A stretch of DNA of 52,953 bases, counting the filler, from Basidiobolus ranarum (taxonomy: Eukaryota): the NCBI GenBank assembly GCA_040143965.1. It is 3 parts of 3 records of this genome, joined end to end, with 100 filler letters (N's around TTAATTAATTAA, not from the genome) between each part and the next. Parts side by side here need not be neighbours in the genome. Positions count along the whole stretch, not along the records: positions 1 to 17,600 come from JASJQH010007175.1; 2 more parts are not named here. The stretch is one strand, 5' to 3'. Under the pieces are notes generated by a model. That model saw only the letters and a program-made list of their open reading frames with translations. It had not been told where the DNA came from and searched no databases. Below, one piece after another: positions 1 through 12,794 of this stretch. Numbering within the stretch: the stretch's first letter is position 1; each line of letters starts with the position of its first letter. A program made the translations under genes and the position numbers.

Positions 1-1789
1 AAGCATCAGTTACACATAGAGCCGCGATTAGTTTCAGGGTCAGGTATTCGACTCACGCAGGATACATTCAGAACAAGGAGAAGGGAGTTAAGAAGGAGCT
101 ACTTTTGATGCAGTTTTACGATCATTGATAATCAACTTTATATTTATCCACAACCGATATGAATCATAGAATCAAGAAATCTCACCCTGATTTGCCTAGG
201 ATCACAAGTTGGCAAAGAGCACTGAAGGCTTTTCCTTAAACACGTTGACTAATGGCACCAGTGATAGGACCCTTACCAACAATAGTATTGCTCTTAGCAT
301 CGACGATATGTCTGAGTAAAACTTTACTGGTAGATACATCAACAATATTACTAGTATTCTTAGGTCGAATGGTCATTGATGAAAGTGATAATACCTGATA
401 ATAATACAATTATTCCGTCTGTTTGGTCATCTTGAAGATTATGGAAATAGGTAATACCATTTTCAACAGATAGGACTTGCTAATGTCAGACAAGTTTGAG
501 ATATAAAGAATGCATTTCTCAAGAACTATGAAGGCGAGGGCTCGATCTTTACTGGAAATATCGATTGATCAATGTGGCAGTCCAAGTAGTTCTAAGCCAT
601 TACCTTTTAATATTCCCCTTCTTTAAATTACCTCAATATGAGAGCATTGACAACTTCTACTGTCGTGTATTTGTAGAAATATTCATCATGATTTAAATTT
701 ACTTGGTTTAAACACCCTACTATTACTTAGTTATTTTCTCGTGTTATCAGTTTTCAGATTTTTAAATTTGATCTCTTTTATCATATTCACTAGGGCACAA
801 TTCTTATACACAGATAAAGTTGGTATGCGTTTGTTGGAAAGCTACCTTCAGTTAGATGGTTGAGTAGTTTCCGAAGCGACTTTTATCTTGTATAAGGAGG
901 CCTTCTTAGTTCTCTCATTAGCTGTGTATTGTAATATACTATTAAGAGCCTCTTTCAGTCTTGAAGCGGAAACATGTGAGCTCGGTTAAAAACCAACCAC
1001 TCCCTGGAATTATCTATTGTTTCTATTCTAGGGCCAGATATTAAAACTCGGCTCCGGAAAAGGAAGGAAAAGAACTAGCCAAGATTCAACTTCTATGTGA
1101 ATAAACGGGATCAAAACCTGACTCACTGTTTCAAAGACGTTAAAAGATTGCATCTAGAGTCCAAGTCAATTGGTTCTACAAACCACTAGGCATTCCCCTT
1201 TCACTTTTGCCTTCACCCTTCCCCTATTCTACAACATATTTAACCGTAGTTGACATCTGGCATTACTTAACCACATCGAAATATATTCTAAACAAATCAA
1301 TAATTACTCACTCATTCCAAATGAAATCATGCATAAGTTGTAAGTTTCCAGTATGTATGTATTAGTAGCACCTTAACTTGGTTTGATTTTGCATTACTTA
1401 ACCTGCGTTGTTGAGGATCTTCTGTGATCTGCATACCCCTTTGTACAATCTCGTCTTTCTTTTCTGAAACCAGCTTACTTCACGTTACTCTGCATAGCAT
1501 GTAACATATGATGTATCCGCGGGTATTTCAGATTCTAGTCAATAATTTAAAGTAAAGTTTCACATAAATTTTGAATGTGTCGGGTAACAAGCAAAAGGCT
1601 CAAAACAAGTGTTAGAATCGACTGTTTCAACATAACGAAGCCTGCTTCGAGTCAGATATAAATATGTGGTCAAGTATTTCTGGTTTGATTGCCATCCATT
1701 TGTTCATTTGATTTCTTGGTAGTGCCAAGTTACTCAGTCTATTCTCTCGCCACCGCATCAGTCTAATCTATTGATCTCACTAAGCTACC

Positions 1790-1981
1790 ATGGCCAGCTT
1801 CAACGTCTCGATTCTTTTGTGTGTATTCAGCATACTCCTAATCTCTTCGTGTGTTCTGGCTCAGAGTGAATCTCAAATGATCGAAGACCAAGGGGTTTTG
1901 GAGAGAGAGGAGGGCTTGGGTGATGTGTTAAAACTAGGGCTCAACTTGCTAAACCTGGGTCCCATCAAGGTCGGAAACTAG
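1790..1981 (+). CDS. Small secreted prepropeptide (63 aa): signal peptide, acidic spacer, C-terminal Gly/Leu-rich amphipathic peptide
   Basis: Hydrophobic N-terminus ending VLA-Q. TATAAA at 1657-1662, good Kozak context (accATGG), AATAAA near 2050. No recognised homologue. Confidence 0.7.
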   Translation: MASFNVSILLCVFSILLISSCVLAQSESQMIEDQGVLEREEGLGDVLKLGLNLLNLGPIKVGN

Positions 1982-3689
1982 GAAAGTTAGATGAATTCTA
2001 TATAAGTCAATATTCTAAGACCAACACGAATGATATAAGTACCATTATCAATAAATTTATTATAGATTACTCCTAGCTTTATGTATATGAACTTTTCTAT
2101 GATAGATTGGCGAACTAAGCTTTATCTTCAAACATCACTTGAATCCTTCTATTATCTTGGTAAATTAGTTAATCTAGTCCTCACGATCAAGTTGCTTGAC
2201 GAGGTCTGGTCTGGTCGTCCAGATAAATGAAGCCGTGTACGGAAGCCCTTCAATACCCCTTAGCACTGTACGTTTTAATGTCACTCGCTATGGAAGATCT
2301 TTCATGACCAACAGCAGGTACCTACCACAATTGAATACATGACAACGAGGCTTCAGGATACAAAATGGATGATATGCAGAAAAAATCAAGTTGGTGGATT
2401 ATTCTTCGAAGAGGCACGGATCTTGGGGATCCCAATTTAGCTGGAACACCATGCACGTAACCTGTATTGGTAATGGATATGATACCGCTTTCAAATCGAC
2501 TCATTATCCACTTTTCAAAGGCGGAACAATGAACTTAAGGTTACATGGAGGTGTATGTCGGAAATGAAATTGTGTCTGAGTCTTTAGTGTGTGAGACACA
2601 TATACCAGTACCCATTCCCTAGCAATAATGCTGTTTTCTGCACGAGTGTAAAGGCCACCCTGCCTAAACCGCGCTTTCTGGTCTCCCCTCGTTTGAGAAG
2701 TTGTATAGAAATATCTATTTCATTGAATACCTGAGCTATGATACTCCTAGAAGGGCATATCCACCGCACGTGCGGTATGTAGGTCTACTTCAACCTCTCC
2801 ATTTTTGGCGACTAATTATTTCTGTAGAACTGCTGATTTGATCTATAGCTCATTAATAGCAGTCTAAAAGTGGGCCATATTAATATGGTTGTTTCTAGTA
2901 TTCGATAGCCCCAATTTGGAACGAGTATCATATCGCTCTTACTGACCAATCATCGAGCTGTATCCATGCAAGGTCTAGGCCTGAGTGTTTATTACCTGAA
3001 TGATGAAATTGGCACCTAAGCGTCCTTATTAAACCCACTGAATCAAATTGTGTTAGGGTGCGTTTATAAATTTGTCCAGCCAGACAGCACAACAACTCAG
3101 TCAAAACTAACAAACAAACTGCTACCTTTGTTTGAGTCCTTTGAAGTAGAAGGAAAGAAAGGTGGGGCGTAAGAGACTGTAATTGACTGAGAAATTACTA
3201 GGCATGCAGAAAAATCACAATCGCATCACTATAGGGTCTACGCTAATTAAACCAACAACTGCTATGTGTAGCAAGTGGCAATGAAAACTCACTATAAGCA
3301 AAATAATGTTATTCTGCTGCTACAATAGCAATCATTATGATTTACGATTTAGTCCAGCTGGCCCTCTTTCCATTTATAAATCAACCGTGTACCCGTAGTC
3401 ATCGGTTGTATACACAATCTCGTAAGTCTTAAATATTCCAGTTTACGACTTTGGCCAGAACATATCTCGATAGTTCTTATTCTTTTTTCTTCCACCCTTG
3501 CACGAACAAAATTTTACTTTTAAACCTTCACTTGGTGAACAGCTGTTGTCTCTTTACTCGACTGTCTAGATACATTATTATCTACTTTATATTGTTGGTT
3601 TAGTGATAAAATCCCTTTTTTTTCTTTTTACGAATAGTTTACGTTAAGGATATTATCTATTTGTTTATACCCAGTCTCCATATTTTCTC

Positions 3690-4264
3690 ATGACTGCCAA
3701 GCAACCCGACCTAAATGACCTCTTCAACCCTGCTTCTAATACTACCGAAAATTTCAGGTATTCCACAGATTTCACCCGAGAACTACTTGCCGAATTTGAT
3801 ACACATCGTAGAAAAATGCATCAAGAATTAGAATCTCAACGAATGGCCTTGGTAAACGTTGTTTACTAGTTTATGTATGCATCCTTTTCTTTGGTTATCT
3901 TTTACTCACCAGGATGTTTTTACAGGAATCTGGAGTTCCGTTACCTGATGAGCAAACAGTTACGGAATCTACCCCGCAGAAGAAGCAGGAAAATCCTGAC
4001 GAGGTTCCACCGAAACCGGTATCTCCGGTCCAAGAGCGTAAAACTGGACACAAACTAAAAACCCTTCGCAAGAATATCCTTCATATGTGGCGCAATCACG
4101 AAGCAACTGGTAAAGAAGAAGTGAATGATGTACGCAGGGCTAAGAGTTGGAATCCCAAAGAGAGTCAGGAAAAAGCTCGTGCAAAGGACAGACGCTCCAT
4201 ATTCGGTACTTGGAAAAACTTCACCTTAACGACCTGCATCGAAGATACTACAGTGGATACGTAA
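3690..4264 (+). CDS. Hypothetical protein, 2 exons (3690-3851, 3926-4264), ~166 aa, charged and likely disordered
   Basis: ATG at 3690 gives MTAKQPDLNDLF...QRMAL. A phase-0 intron GTAAAC...TACTCAC...TACAG (3852-3925) joins it in frame to ORF 3914-4264. Confidence 0.65.
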
Positions 4265-5155
4265 ATCTTCATGTGGTATGGTAATTATACTAAGAATCCA
4301 TCATGTATTCTCATGTATCGCTTACCATTGTTTTTTGAAGAAACCCATATGAATGATGTGATCCTGAATCTAGTTATCCAAATTCTTTTTTGCACTGGAT
4401 GCGAAGGAGTCCATAACCCCCATGTTCTCAACTATTACTTCCGTGGTGATACCTTTTATCAAATACTTGATACAATTTAAATCCAGCCATCCTGAATATT
4501 GACATATTATCTAATACCCCATACCCATACCCATATCCATACCTATTGAACTTCACTTGTAAACAGCCTTATTAATTCCTTCCTACACCATTCCCCTTTA
4601 ATCCGATACCAGTATCAAATACAGCCTTGAATCAATATTAATAATCCAAAGTGATCGCAATGCTTTATATATAGTTGATTATATTGGAGTTCACTGTGTG
4701 GTGATTATATGTACTCCACTTGAGAGCATCTACTGGGCCCACGGAACATTACCCATCGGACTGTAGAAATTAACTATTACCATTCGGAAGAAAATAAGCC
4801 CTTAGTTTGGGGGAAATTACATGGATGATATATCGGCAACACCATCAACTAAAATTATTGATATAGTTGGAAGTAATATATGTATCTAGTGTGAGGTTCA
4901 CATTTTATCTAGCTCCTTACTATTGATTCTTGCAATCCGACATACTATTCTCTTGTAGCTGATGCAAAAAATCACACATCAAATTAATTAGTAAGCTTTC
5001 TAGTGGCTGATTGGGGTAAACGGATGAATCGTTGGGAATATATTTTGTTCCACATATATTTAAGTATCAATAATGGTATCTCGATCTTGCAACTACTCCA
5101 TTGAGCGTATACCGTAGAGTTCGTTATATTTATTAGAGGTATACTTGCTCTTAGA

Positions 5156-6340
5156 ATGGCTCTTCTTGCGAACTTCAGAGTATATCGTAGCCTCCAGGCA
5201 ATTCCAACATTTGGTATTTCTCGTAGTTTCAGCACTTCCAAACGAAACAACGTTCCAGTGCAACTAGAATCCCTACATTTTAAACCAGAAATCTCTTCAA
5301 ATACGCGAGCTATTCCTACAGTTTTGATAGTACATGGATTGTTAGGAGCTAAAGAAAATTGGAGAGCTATTGGCAAAATGCTTTCTAAACAACTCCAAAC
5401 TGACGTTCATTCTTTGGATTTGAGGAACCATGGGAGTAGTCCACACATAACTGAGATGACTTACTCAGCCATGGCCCAGGATTTGATTGAATTTATTGAA
5501 AAAAAGAACCTTAAAGAAGTAGCTCTAGTTGGACATTCGATGTACGTTTTATAATAGAGTTTCTTCATTTACAAATTGCGTTGGGTGACTATTCACGTAA
5601 TCTATATCACAGTCAGTCAACACTTGAAGCTAGGTACTTTTATTTAACTAAACATTCGGTTTTAGGGGTGGACGAGTTGCTATGACAACAGCATTCAATT
5701 ACAAGTCAAAAATATCCAGTTTAGTTCTCGTAGATGTAGCACCTAATTCACCGAGCGTCATTGATACCTTTCGTAAGTATATCGAGTCTATGAAACGAGC
5801 AGAGGAAAAAGGCGTTGACAGTCTAAGTAGTGCTAATGACATATTGAAAGAAAGCTGCTCGGTAACATAGTATTTCGCCCCCTGCTTCTCTTTTGCTTAT
5901 TATTAATTACAAATGGCTAAAACTTGGATAGGTTGAGTCCATACGTCAATTCCTTCTTACAAATTTGAAACGAGATCATTCCACTGGGAAATATTCCTTC
6001 CGTATTCCGTTGGATATTCTTTTGAGTAATCTTGAGACTCTTAAACAATTCCATCCCGTTGTCGGGAAAGAGAATTTCACGAAGCCTACATTATGCATAG
6101 CTGGAAGCCGTTCTAATTATGTTAAGCCTGATCAATACGAAGTGATTCGGCAATATTTTCCGAATATCGAATTCGAAGTAGTTGATACAGGTCACTGGGG
6201 TAAGTACTTTATTAGATGACAAGAAACCGAGAATATACTCTAACTAGGCTTCACCTTAACAATAATCAGTTCAAGCAGAAAGCCCAAGGGAGTTCGTCAG
6301 GATCCTCACGAAGTTCTTGAATGAACAGTACATCAATTAA
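5156..6340 (+). CDS. Alpha/beta hydrolase, ABHD11/Imo32/Eat1-like, probably mitochondrial; 4 exons
   Basis: HGLLG oxyanion motif, DLRNHGSSPH, GHS|MGG nucleophile elbow across intron 5542-5665, C-terminal GHWV|QAE. N-terminus is Arg/Ser-rich and presequence-like. Confidence 0.9.
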
Positions 6341-7001
6341 GCATATAGAGAGAGGTCTAAGAAGGCTAACACTCGCTAACAAATCCCTATCCTTCTTAGA
6401 TTACGGATACTTACTGATACTTCTAAGAATTTGATTAAATTTCAATCCTCCTCATCCACGTGATCGGTACTTTTCAAATCAATTCATTGCGACTGGTAAT
6501 TTCATTTAATCCCTCTAATTTCACTACCATATACATTATCCCGGGCAACCAAAGTACTTTATCCCAGGATACTGAGGATCTATGAATAATGTCGGTGAAG
6601 ATGTTAGCTAGAAGTTTTTGAACAAATCAGAGCCTCAATAATTTCAATCCCAAAAGTATCCTGAATCAATCCAGCAAATCAGTAAGCATACAATCAAATG
6701 AACCTAGATTGAATTGAAACCATTGAACCAAAGGGCATATTGACAATAAAGAAAGTTATATCCATTTAACGAATTTCGTCATTATCTTGGTAAGATGAAG
6801 CTCTTCCCAGATATAATAAGAAATACGTTCTTTGATCAGAATTAGTTCATTTCTCCATGAAGCCTTATTCGCGGAAGTGACTCTTTCAATCAAGCTTCTC
6901 TAACCGTGAGCTCTGACAAAACTCATCAAACTACGGACATATAAACGGAACTTGGAGAACTTATCTCTATATCCAAATTCAAATTCTGATATTATATTAC
7001 T

Positions 7002-8352
7002 ATGAAGTATTCGTTTCAAACCTTCCTTTACGGGCTACTTTTCGTTTTGACTATATTCCAAGCGGTCGTCGTATCCGGAGAACCAAGCTCTCAACAAATT
7101 GGGGATGTGAATCTGATGTTGGAAGCAGTGAATCAAGAGCGCCAAAAAGTAGGAGCGCCATCGTTGAAGCTGGATTCGTAAGTATTCGGATGGGTTCTTC
7201 CATTTCATTCACCCATTTCTCACTGTATCATCACCATTAGACGCCTGGTAGCGGCTGCTCAAGCGCACTCTGATTACCAAGCTCGAACCAAAACACTTAC
7301 CCACGATGAAGGGAGTGCTGATCCTGCGGAAAGAATCCGCAAAGCAGGTGTCAAGTACTCCGCCTATGGAGAGAACGTAGCATCGGGATATTCCACTATT
7401 CAGCAGGTTATGAAGGGCTGGATGAATTCTGATGGTCAGTGAAAAATTATTTACAATGAAGTACTTCAGCTAGTATGTACTAAACCGATTCATTCACTCT
7501 AGGTCATCGCAAAAATATTTTGAACGCCCGTTTCACTCATATGGGATCTGGTTTTAACAATAATGGTGACTATTGGACTCAAGACTTTGCTTTAGTAGAT
7601 AATCCTGAAAGTACAGGTACTATGACCTCGAATCCTCCACCTACCTCAACAGTCGATACAATTAGCTCTGTTGATCCTCCTACTAGTCGTGGAGTCTCAA
7701 CTATTACACTTACAGTAACTACGACCGTAACAGCTAAAGTATCAACGATAATAACAGCATCACCATCCCTCACCAGCCCTGAAATCCCGACTACCACCTC
7801 CTCACCAGCACCTAGCAACAACCCTAGCGATCCTGACGCTATGCTTGCAGCTGTTAACGCTGAGCGAGAAAGGGCAAAGATTCCGCTCCTAAAGCTAGAC
7901 AAGTACGTATGATTTGAAATACAGGTTCTTCCCACAGAAGCTAAATGATGACTTCTTATTTAAATAGACGCTTGAGTGAAGCAGCTCAACAATATGCGGA
8001 TATTCTAGCGCAGAGCAGAAGTTTAAGCTCAAACGCAGGTGATAATAGTTTGGTAAAACGTACAGAAGCTCTGGGACTGAATTGGGTAGAGACTGGTGAA
8101 AACATAGCTAAAGGATATGATAATATCAGTAGTGTTATGCAAGCATTTTTAAATTCTCCAGGTAAATATCACTACAATCCCTTTGAAATCATTATTAAAT
8201 TCTCCAAATTCTAACCCTCTGTTTAATCCATAATAGATCGGCGTAAAATCATTTTGAATGCCAAATTCATCATATTCGGTAGTGGATTCAACTCGAATGG
8301 AAATTATTGGACTCAAGAGTTCCTCGCTCTGTCTAATACTACCACTTGTTGA
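7002..8352 (+). CDS. Secreted protein with two tandem CAP/SCP (YkwD-like) domains separated by a Ser/Thr/Pro linker; 5 exons
   Basis: Signal peptide. Domain 1: VNQERQK...AAQAHSD...THDEG...GENVASG...WMNSDGHRKNILN...YWTQDF. Domain 2: VNAERER...GENIAKG...YWTQEF. Introns 7178-7240, 7435-7502, 7903-7967, 8162-8236. TATAAA at 6940. Confidence 0.9.
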
Positions 8353-8650
8353 GTCAGAGTGTGAGTGGTGTGCTTAAATCTCTTCTTTGATTGAGTAATA
8401 CAGATGCCTTGATCGAAGTACAAACTTGATTGTTGTTCCAAAAGGAATTCCCTAGATTACTCGTTTGAATTTATATATCACTTCCTTACTTTATTCAATA
8501 TATGTTGAAAAATAAACATTTGCTGTGCAAAGTAACCACTTTAACCGATATCATTTAAGTGATATATTTCATATGAAAGAACAGTTATTAACTAGGATGT
8601 AACAGATTGAAAATTAACCATTTTATTGGTGTTAGTGAATGTCAAATGAT

Positions 8651-9406
8651 TTACAGGTATTTACGACGACGTTCCTCTCGCTTTCTACTTCTCTCCTCTT
8701 TTTCTTTTTGGGTCACTAACAACCTGTATATAACAAAGAATAGTTCCACCGCATCTTTGTACAATTTAAAAGTATCAGTGATGGGATCTACCTTTTCCCC
8801 CATGGATTGTTCTACTCTACGTATGATAAGGTGTGTATCATATAAAACGTAGAGACTGATGGAAACAACACCCAATAGAAGATGAAGGGTAGCAAACTTT
8901 TGAGTAAACATAGAAGCGAATGCAAAAATCAAACTACCAGCAGATAAAAAGCTGAGTAAAATGCTGAGTTGATAGAATTGTTGACGTCTACCAGTAGTAA
9001 AGAATCCAGCCACAGAGAAAGAACCAAAGACCACTAGAGCACTCCAAAAGGCGGTGTGAATAAGCTCTTCGTAATGGTTAAGTCCCTCCTCAATGAAAGG
9101 TCCAAGTATGAACCCATCGCTAAATGCGAACGCGAATAAACAGGCTAAACGTAATGTCTTCCGAGTGGTACTAAGGAATATCAAACCAAAGATAGAGGCT
9201 AAACCCGATAAACTTATGATACCTGAGAAACGGCTAAAAAAATCGACGTATAAATATCCCCAACAACCAAAGGCAGCACAGATCAATGTACTACCAAGTA
9301 GTAGGTAAACTTCTCTCAAGTGACGACGGACTGGCTCGGAAAGAACAGCGTTTTCGTTAGAAAACATATTGGCAAAACTTTGAGTTGCTTGTAATAAAAT
9401 ATCCAT
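8651..9406 (-). CDS. Bax inhibitor-1 (TMBIM6-like) family membrane protein
   Basis: VRRHLREVYLLL, G-x-ILGP, YVLYDTHLI motifs, 6-7 hydrophobic segments and a basic C-terminal tail. Intronless. Confidence 0.88.
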   Translation of the reverse strand: MDILLQATQSFANMFSNENAVLSEPVRRHLREVYLLLGSTLICAAFGCWGYLYVDFFSRFSGIISLSGLASIFGLIFLSTTRKTLRLACLFAFAFSDGFILGPFIEEGLNHYEELIHTAFWSALVVFGSFSVAGFFTTGRRQQFYQLSILLSFLSAGSLIFAFASMFTQKFATLHLLLGVVSISLYVLYDTHLIIRRVEQSMGEKVDPITDTFKLYKDAVELFFVIYRLLVTQKEKEERSRKREERRRKYL

Positions 9407-10263
9407 ATTGACGATGAATCAGTTATGGGAGAGCGAAATGGCGGTAACGACAGATATATAGAGATTTCGTTGTAGAAAACCCTAGAACGATGACTTGCGG
9501 CACTAAATGACTGCGGCGATTTTGGACCTAAAACCTGGATTGATCTGATTCGCAGAAATCGAATTAGAAAGTCTGACATCTCCATAAATTGAACATTACA
9601 AATTCCATAAATCAAACGTTCTCCATTCGAAGTAGATACAACATTTCCTATCCAGATTGATATCACAACTTCATGTTAAACGATATCGTATCAGGTATAT
9701 TTCCCGTAAATCCCTGAATCATCCACAGAGACAAGCATATAGCGATGCGCGCTCATCTGATTCGGATAGTAACATTTCCCTAGTTAGCATACAGTAATAA
9801 ACACTTGAAAATATCCACGACCACGCATGGCTATGGCTCTTAAAACTCTAATCCTGGCTCAGCTCGTATGTAGCTTCACTATTTGTCTACTTCTGTCCCA
9901 GAACTCACTCGTATTGGATTCCATTTAGACTTGCCCTGAAGCTATGTCACACTATTCCTAAGCCATGGAGTTTACTTAAAATATCAAACATCGCCCAAGT
10001 TGGTTACATTGATTCTCTAGCTCTGACTAGAGGTGGGTGTACAGGGAGCCGATTTCTTGCTGCTTTAAATAGGGCGACAAATGTGGACACATAATAAAAA
10101 GTACTCTAGTGCAAAAACAAGCATCTCCGAGTGGGGATTACATTGGAGCTATTGCAGAAAAGTAGCTCGGGTAATTTTCAAACTCAAAAATGCCACCTTT
10201 ATAAATGCTTTCCTACCGTGATTGGAAGAACAACAAATACCACCTTCTCTATCTCAGTAAATC

Positions 10264-10644
10264 ATGAAGTTCTTCAGTGTTTCATTCGTTGTCGCCTGCT
10301 TCTTCACCTGTATACTCTCTGCTCCTTATCCATTCGATCTAGGTACAGCTCTAGGTACCCTAACAAATGCCAAGCCCCAAAGTGCGAGGCCAATCTCAAG
10401 CATTGAGAAATGCGACATCATCAAAGCGAATCTCAAAATCATGGAACTGGTGACTGTCGATACCATTTTTTGCTTGGATAGTCATATACCGGTTCAACCC
10501 GAGATATTGAAATTGGAGTCACAAAATTCCCAAGATTGTATGGTCTTGAAGGATTCCATCGCTGTCAAGCTTGATGCTTTGGGACAACTAAGAGTTCGTG
10601 CCTTTGTATGTTTACCGCAAGTTGCTCTGTTTGTCTCTCTTTAA
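10264..10644 (+). CDS. Small secreted protein (126 aa) with two Cys-bracketed internal repeats
   Basis: Signal peptide MKFFSVSFVVACFFTCILSA-P. TATAAA at 10200-10205. Repeats CDIIKANLKIMELVTVDTIFCL and CMVLKDSIAVKLDALGQLRVRAFVCL. Confidence 0.75.
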   Translation: MKFFSVSFVVACFFTCILSAPYPFDLGTALGTLTNAKPQSARPISSIEKCDIIKANLKIMELVTVDTIFCLDSHIPVQPEILKLESQNSQDCMVLKDSIAVKLDALGQLRVRAFVCLPQVALFVSL

Positions 10645-10819
10645 ACATTAGTATTGTGATGGATAGATTACTATCAACAATTTGCTTACACCTATGAACC
10701 CCTGCTATTTCCAAGAATAAAATATTGATTATTGTCTCCCTTATCTTCAACGAGGAAGACTCGCCATACACTTACCCATTGACTAACTTTTCACAATAAC
10801 CCCCTTAGCTTTGACAACA

Positions 10820-12214
10820 TCATGGATGTGGGAGTATTTGTATCAAGAAATCCCGAATCTCAAGGGTTAGATTGATCTTTAATGTTGTATTAATGTGGCC
10901 AATTCTCAGCGGTTTGTAAGAATCCCAGCTGAGCCAATCGACAACATCCATGATGTAACCATGGCTAATTGCTGCTAGTTGGCCAATGATGGTATCAGCT
11001 GAGTATTGGAGACAACATTCTATTTGTTCGATGATTTTTTGCAAAGATTATTTCAGTTTAGTATCAATATACGAACTCACCAATGACTGAAGGCGCACCT
11101 CATAAAGACTAGCGATAATAAAGGATTCACTTTGATATGTGCTTCTTGTCAGCTAACTGGACAGGTGGGATCCATGTATGAAGTGAATAGACTTCATTGA
11201 TTGCCCTTGGAGTGCCTGGTTGCACAGCTTCTCATGGCCCTGATCTGCCAGCATAGAGGCCAATATGGCAATATCTTTGTTACAACATTGATCTAGTCAC
11301 AAAAGGAAGCTTAGAAGGTCGTATTGTAAACGATCCGTATAACGTCCCAATTGATCTACTGGTCACGGCGTCACGAGACTCCTTTCGAAGTCAGACCTCT
11401 CAGATGAGTCAATGACGGCTTAGTTAACCAGAGAAAGGTATCTAGCTCCCGTGGAGAGAGATACGCTTATTAAAGGCCAAGAAGATCGCGGGTCCTGTGT
11501 CATCATGTAACCAATCCACCCTTCAAGTACTTTCTTGGCTAATTGCTCCATAATAGCTGTTGCATCAAGTTTGACTAATCCTTACTTCAGTACTACTTTT
11601 CTGGGAGCTCGTAATGTCCGTCCTAAAAATACTTTTCTTTCCATAAGCGTAAAGGCACTGAGAGTCATATGGAGGAGAGTGCCAAGATCTTGCTAAATCT
11701 TTTACATTGGAGCTACACCATCTGAGATCAGGTTCCAAAGATGGCACTGGCTGACAGCCTTGTGGTATTGGATTAGTATTGAGACCAATGCTAACCGTCT
11801 TGACCAAGTCTTTGTCCCCACAGTTTGTTGGCAGTAGAGACTGCATATGGTGCTCATATCCGTGGTCAATGAAGATGTTGACTCATGTAACTCAAATATC
11901 CTAAAATTCCGTCGGTTCAGAGGTCAAACCAAATGATTGAAAGTAGAAATGTAAGTCAACGGGCGCAGTCTGGTCAGTATTTGTAAGTTATGTTGGACTG
12001 TTTCATAGGCCAAGACGAAACATTTCAAAATAGCAAGGTAATCTTTAGTCAGACGGTGGTGCGACCTGAGCTTGTTATGACTTAAGCTTCTTTTAGTAGA
12101 TTCTACTGCAATGTTCTTTCCATAATCCTTGATGTTAATGTTATGAGTCACATGTAGCCAAGTCATCAGTGAGAGTATTTCCCCATAAGCGTCAATCTGG
12201 GTATTCTCCTCCAA
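10820..12214 (-). pseudogene. Decayed ~465-codon reading frame of unknown family with multiple nonsense codons and no frameshift
   Basis: ORFs 11924-12214 and 10820-11044 share one frame. Hand translation between them stays protein-like with 9 internal stops in total, against roughly 25 expected in random DNA of this composition. Confidence 0.6.
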
Positions 12215-12794
12215 CCGCTGCCCAAAAGCTGCGAACCTTCTTCAATATGAAACATCACGTCAATCATTACCGAGAGCTCATCATGGAACGATTACAAGAC
12301 GAACTAGTTGTCCAGGCCCAACACAGCATTAGCACAAGTCGGGTCTCTTGCAGAAAATAGTGCAGGTCTAGATACTTTCAGCAGGTCAACTGGGCCACGA
12401 GATGTTATGATGCACTCGAGAGCACTAAGCTATTGTTAAGCGTCTTGATAATCATTGACGTGATTGACATGCAAGATCTTGTGGTACCAGATTTCCATCT
12501 GTATATTCCCCCTACTGGAAGAGTATTTCGAGTTTAATGATCGAAATATTAGGTACTACCTGGACGAAGATAATCTATCATCAGTGATCCAGGTTCCTTT
12601 TACGGATAACCACCACAAATCAATTTGATTTGGCCCCATTATGTGTCACTTAAGCTTACTTTCTGCACATCCCCTAGGTATATAGTCTGCTGTTGGCTGC
12701 AAGAAAAAGAGGAAAAGTGTCCCCTCCATAAGCTCAGCTTTGCCACCAACCTAGAATCTCAACCATCAACCATTGCGTCTAAAACTTATTCAAC

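Noticed and set aside
360-400. Minus-strand ITFINDHS resembling the Copia integrase TFIDD motif; YYPQGN near 15670 resembling the integrase YHPQSNG motif
   Set aside because: Isolated short matches with no supporting neighbouring integrase or RT motifs.
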